A DNA stretch of 64,000 nt from Octopus bimaculoides (taxonomy: Eukaryota): positions 24,465,282 to 24,529,281 of the forward strand of contig NC_068989.1 in the NCBI RefSeq assembly GCF_001194135.2. The letters are read 5' to 3'. The position numbers were made by a program, and so were the translations under genes. Positions 61,270-64,000 of the stretch are shown piece after piece. Every line of letters starts with the position of its first letter. Within the stretch, counting starts at the first letter, position 1. The notes under the pieces were generated by a model. It was given only the letters and a program-made list of their open reading frames with translations, searched no databases and was not told the DNA's origin.

Positions 61270-63410
61270 CAATTCACTCATCATTTTTGCAACTTTCAAT
61301 AAACTCACTTGAGGACAGCACTTCCCTCTCCACTCTCAATTTCCTTTTCAAGTGAAACTTGAAGTCAATGAGAGCTCTACCAAAGAGGAATGTATCTGTT
61401 CTCATGCCTTTCAGCCTTGTCCACCAAACAATCTCTTTTGCCACAGCCACCAGGCAAAGGAAAGCTGCCTTGCCTGCCCGATTGAAGGAGGGCAGCAGTG
61501 CGATCATCACTAAGGACTTGGTCAACAGACAGATCTGTCCCACACATGACAGCAGTTGTTCAACATAACCCCACAAGTCAGCAATGCCTGGACAGTGAAC
61601 AAAGGCATGCAGAACAGTTTTGTCACTCTGTGTGCACCTCAGACAAGTCCATCTGACAGCACATCTGTGCCTATAGAGTTTATCTCGAACCAGTAGCACT
61701 GCCAGGACAAGGACATCTGGAAACTAGCCATAATAGTTCCTGACCGGAAAGTCCTCCGGAACAGACTAGCCAGTTTGTTCTTGTTGGTACCCAAAGTCTC
61801 CCCAAGAACATCGTCGCACTTCTCCACCACAAATCTTCTATAAGTTTCTAAAGCAGAACATCCACCGATCCCATTGCCTGACAGATAGAGGGTTGTGAGT
61901 GCCTGATGACATTCTAGGTGCCAGGTGTTCAGTCTCGGTCTTTTCTTTACCCAGGACTGCAGCTCCGTCAAGGAGACAAGTGGTGGAAAGACAAGCCTCA
62001 CAAGTGGAGCCCACACACACTCACCATCCAGAAATCATTGCAGGTGGCGTAACCTAAGAGCGTGTCTGCACATTAGGAGCCATACCTAATCTGCCACTCG
62101 GAGGATGTTGGCAACAGAGGATGTGGTCAAGCAATAACTGGGGCAAGGCACGACAGTCAGGTGATAAATAGTAATGGAGGTGATGTAAGCATTCACCAAC
62201 TCTGTCTGATCTTTCAGGGACAGCTTTCTTCCAGTCCATTTCTGGGTGAGACTGGCCACCCTGTTTGCCACCTTGTCCCAGTTTCTTATCAACCTGGAAG
62301 TTTGGATTAAACCAGACCCCAAGCACTTTAACTAGTCCATCAGTCCAGCATCTGCTGCCGCTGTCTGATTGCATCGTCCTGCCTCTCCAGGAGCCCAACT
62401 ACAAACCAACCAATTTGTCAGTGTTGATTTTAGCCCTTGCAACTGACCCATATTCCTCTGGACTGATATTGATTTTCTCACACGAGGGTGACAATATGGT
62501 TCTGTGGAAGTGAGGTTCCTCACAGAGTTGCTGACCCCAAAATACTCAATGGTCCAGTGCAAACATGTGGGAAGGAGAAGAAGATTCTCATATTTGCACT
62601 GGACCATTGAGTGTTTTTGGGTCAACAACTCTGTGAGGAACCTCACTTGCACAGAACCATATTGTCTCCCTCATGTGAGAAAATCAATATCAGTCCAAAT
62701 GCCTTTCAAATATTGTTCTACTTGGATGTGTGGCGCAATGAAGATTTTCCTCCTCTTTAGTGACTCACATCTGTATATGATGGTCCTTCTGGCCATCTTC
62801 TCCATCAAATCTGAAGGATAGCAAGCTTGGTTTCCCTATTGAGGAGTTTTTCTGCTTCACTCAGGTGTGCATGTTTTCCTTCCAGGGAGATTTACTGGCG
62901 CAATTTTGTTACTCTTGCAAAGGAGTTGTTTTTATCATTACTGTTATTGTTGGTGTTGATTATATTGATTTTGCTGCTGGTGTTGTTCCCATCGTTGTTG
63001 GCGTTAGTCGGAGCCAAAGCGACGCTGTTGTTTGTGGTGATGTTCATATTGTTGACCGAAGTAACCAAGCTACTTGCTAATGGAGGGAAATCATTTACAT
63101 CGTAGCTGCACTGCTTATTTGTCTCCCACGTCAAAGCTTTACTGTTGTTGCTGTTGCTGCTACAGTTGTTGTTGTTGTTTGTAGTGGTAGTGGCAGAGGT
63201 GATGATGGTAGTGGTGTCAGAGTTGTTGTTGTTTGTGATTGGGATGGTCATCTTGTTTTGCCTGCTTGCTTGTCTAATGGTCAAGCCAACAGATGAAGAA
63301 CTGTTACCCTCTCTCATTTTTGTAGGAAAACATTCCTCTGTCTCTTCCCCTCTCACATCAACGACTGAAACCCCTTTGAAACTCTTTGTTGCTGCCATTG
63401 AGCAAAATTC
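61270..63410 (-). mobile_element. L1/Tx1-like non-LTR retrotransposon remnant
   Basis: AKINTDK RT end; WDKVANRV...W.GRKLSL; CLRC...TVLHAFVHCP zinc-binding motif of L1/Tx1 ORF2; Asn/Thr-rich segment at 62892-63398 possibly ORF1-derived. Confidence 0.8.
62459..62697. repeat. inverted repeat, 109-bp arms, 21-nt loop
   Basis: 62459-62567 is the reverse complement of 62589-62697 with scattered mismatches; lies within the Tx1-like remnant. Confidence 0.9.
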
Positions 63411-63631
63411 TAAATTTTACCATGTGGAATAAATGGAATAAATTTGATAAGTCCCCCAAGAAGTAGGGGGACTTTTAACAAAAAAGGAACTCATCAGCAG
63501 AAGAAGGATCCCCTATTCTCCACCCTGGTTGAAAATGACAGGAAAGCACCACTATTTTCCGGAGAAAACTGATGATTTTCGAAAACAAGATATGGCACCG
63601 AGATCCAGCGTGGCTTCGTCAGCTGATGGCC

Positions 63632-63674
<43 letters not shown>

Positions 63675-64000
63675 TGATAATAATAATAATGATTCTTTGA
63701 GGTTTGAATAATTCACCTCTGGAAACATGGGTGTTTCATTCAACGTCCTTAAACAACTCTTATTCTGGATGTGTTACTTGGTGTGAAGAAAATTCTAGCT
63801 GTGCCCCACCTGCAAGGTCATGCGCAGTTTATTGTGATATGAGATCACCATGTCATGCACATGTGGTTGTGATGCATGTGCCTGGTGTGCCCCTATCAGA
63901 CAGGTAGTCATGATGGGTATACTCCAGTATCACTTTGATGGCATGCACAGCTCACTCACTCAATAATAATAATAATGATAATTTTAATGACCACTTTTCC

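Noticed and set aside
63570-63600. GAAAACTGATGATTTTCGAAAAC as an HHR
   Set aside because: The flanks pair with each other (GAAAA/TTTTC); no helix II or cleavage triplet.

Overview
AT-rich, microsatellite- and SINE-dense eukaryotic genomic DNA with 9 N-gaps. The repeat landscape looks coleoid cephalopod, most like Octopus (inference; no database search). No prokaryotic features or CRISPR arrays were seen. One large gene spans almost the whole window on the minus strand: an LRRC9 orthologue. I spliced 16 exons by hand (60788 to 7091, 2354 nt, about 784 codons). All phases are compatible, running from the end of the central PARP-like segment through the C-terminal LRR array. Two further 3' exons are putative, the 5' half lies beyond 64000, and one intron appears to start with TT rather than GT. 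Introns contain tRNA-derived SINEs, RTE- and Tx1-like LINE fragments, Tc1/mariner, hAT and piggyBac-type elements, a solo LTR and several Penelope-like elements (PLEs). The main unexplained signal is a set of type I hammerhead ribozyme (HHR) motifs, 5 well-formed or nearly so and 4-5 decayed, mostly inside long inverted repeats. These include a 142-bp-arm palindrome with an HHR on each strand pointing away from the centre (47696-47986), a diverged palindrome of the same design (27041-27350), and a tRNA-promoter SINE-like element carrying a minimal HHR (5281-5620).
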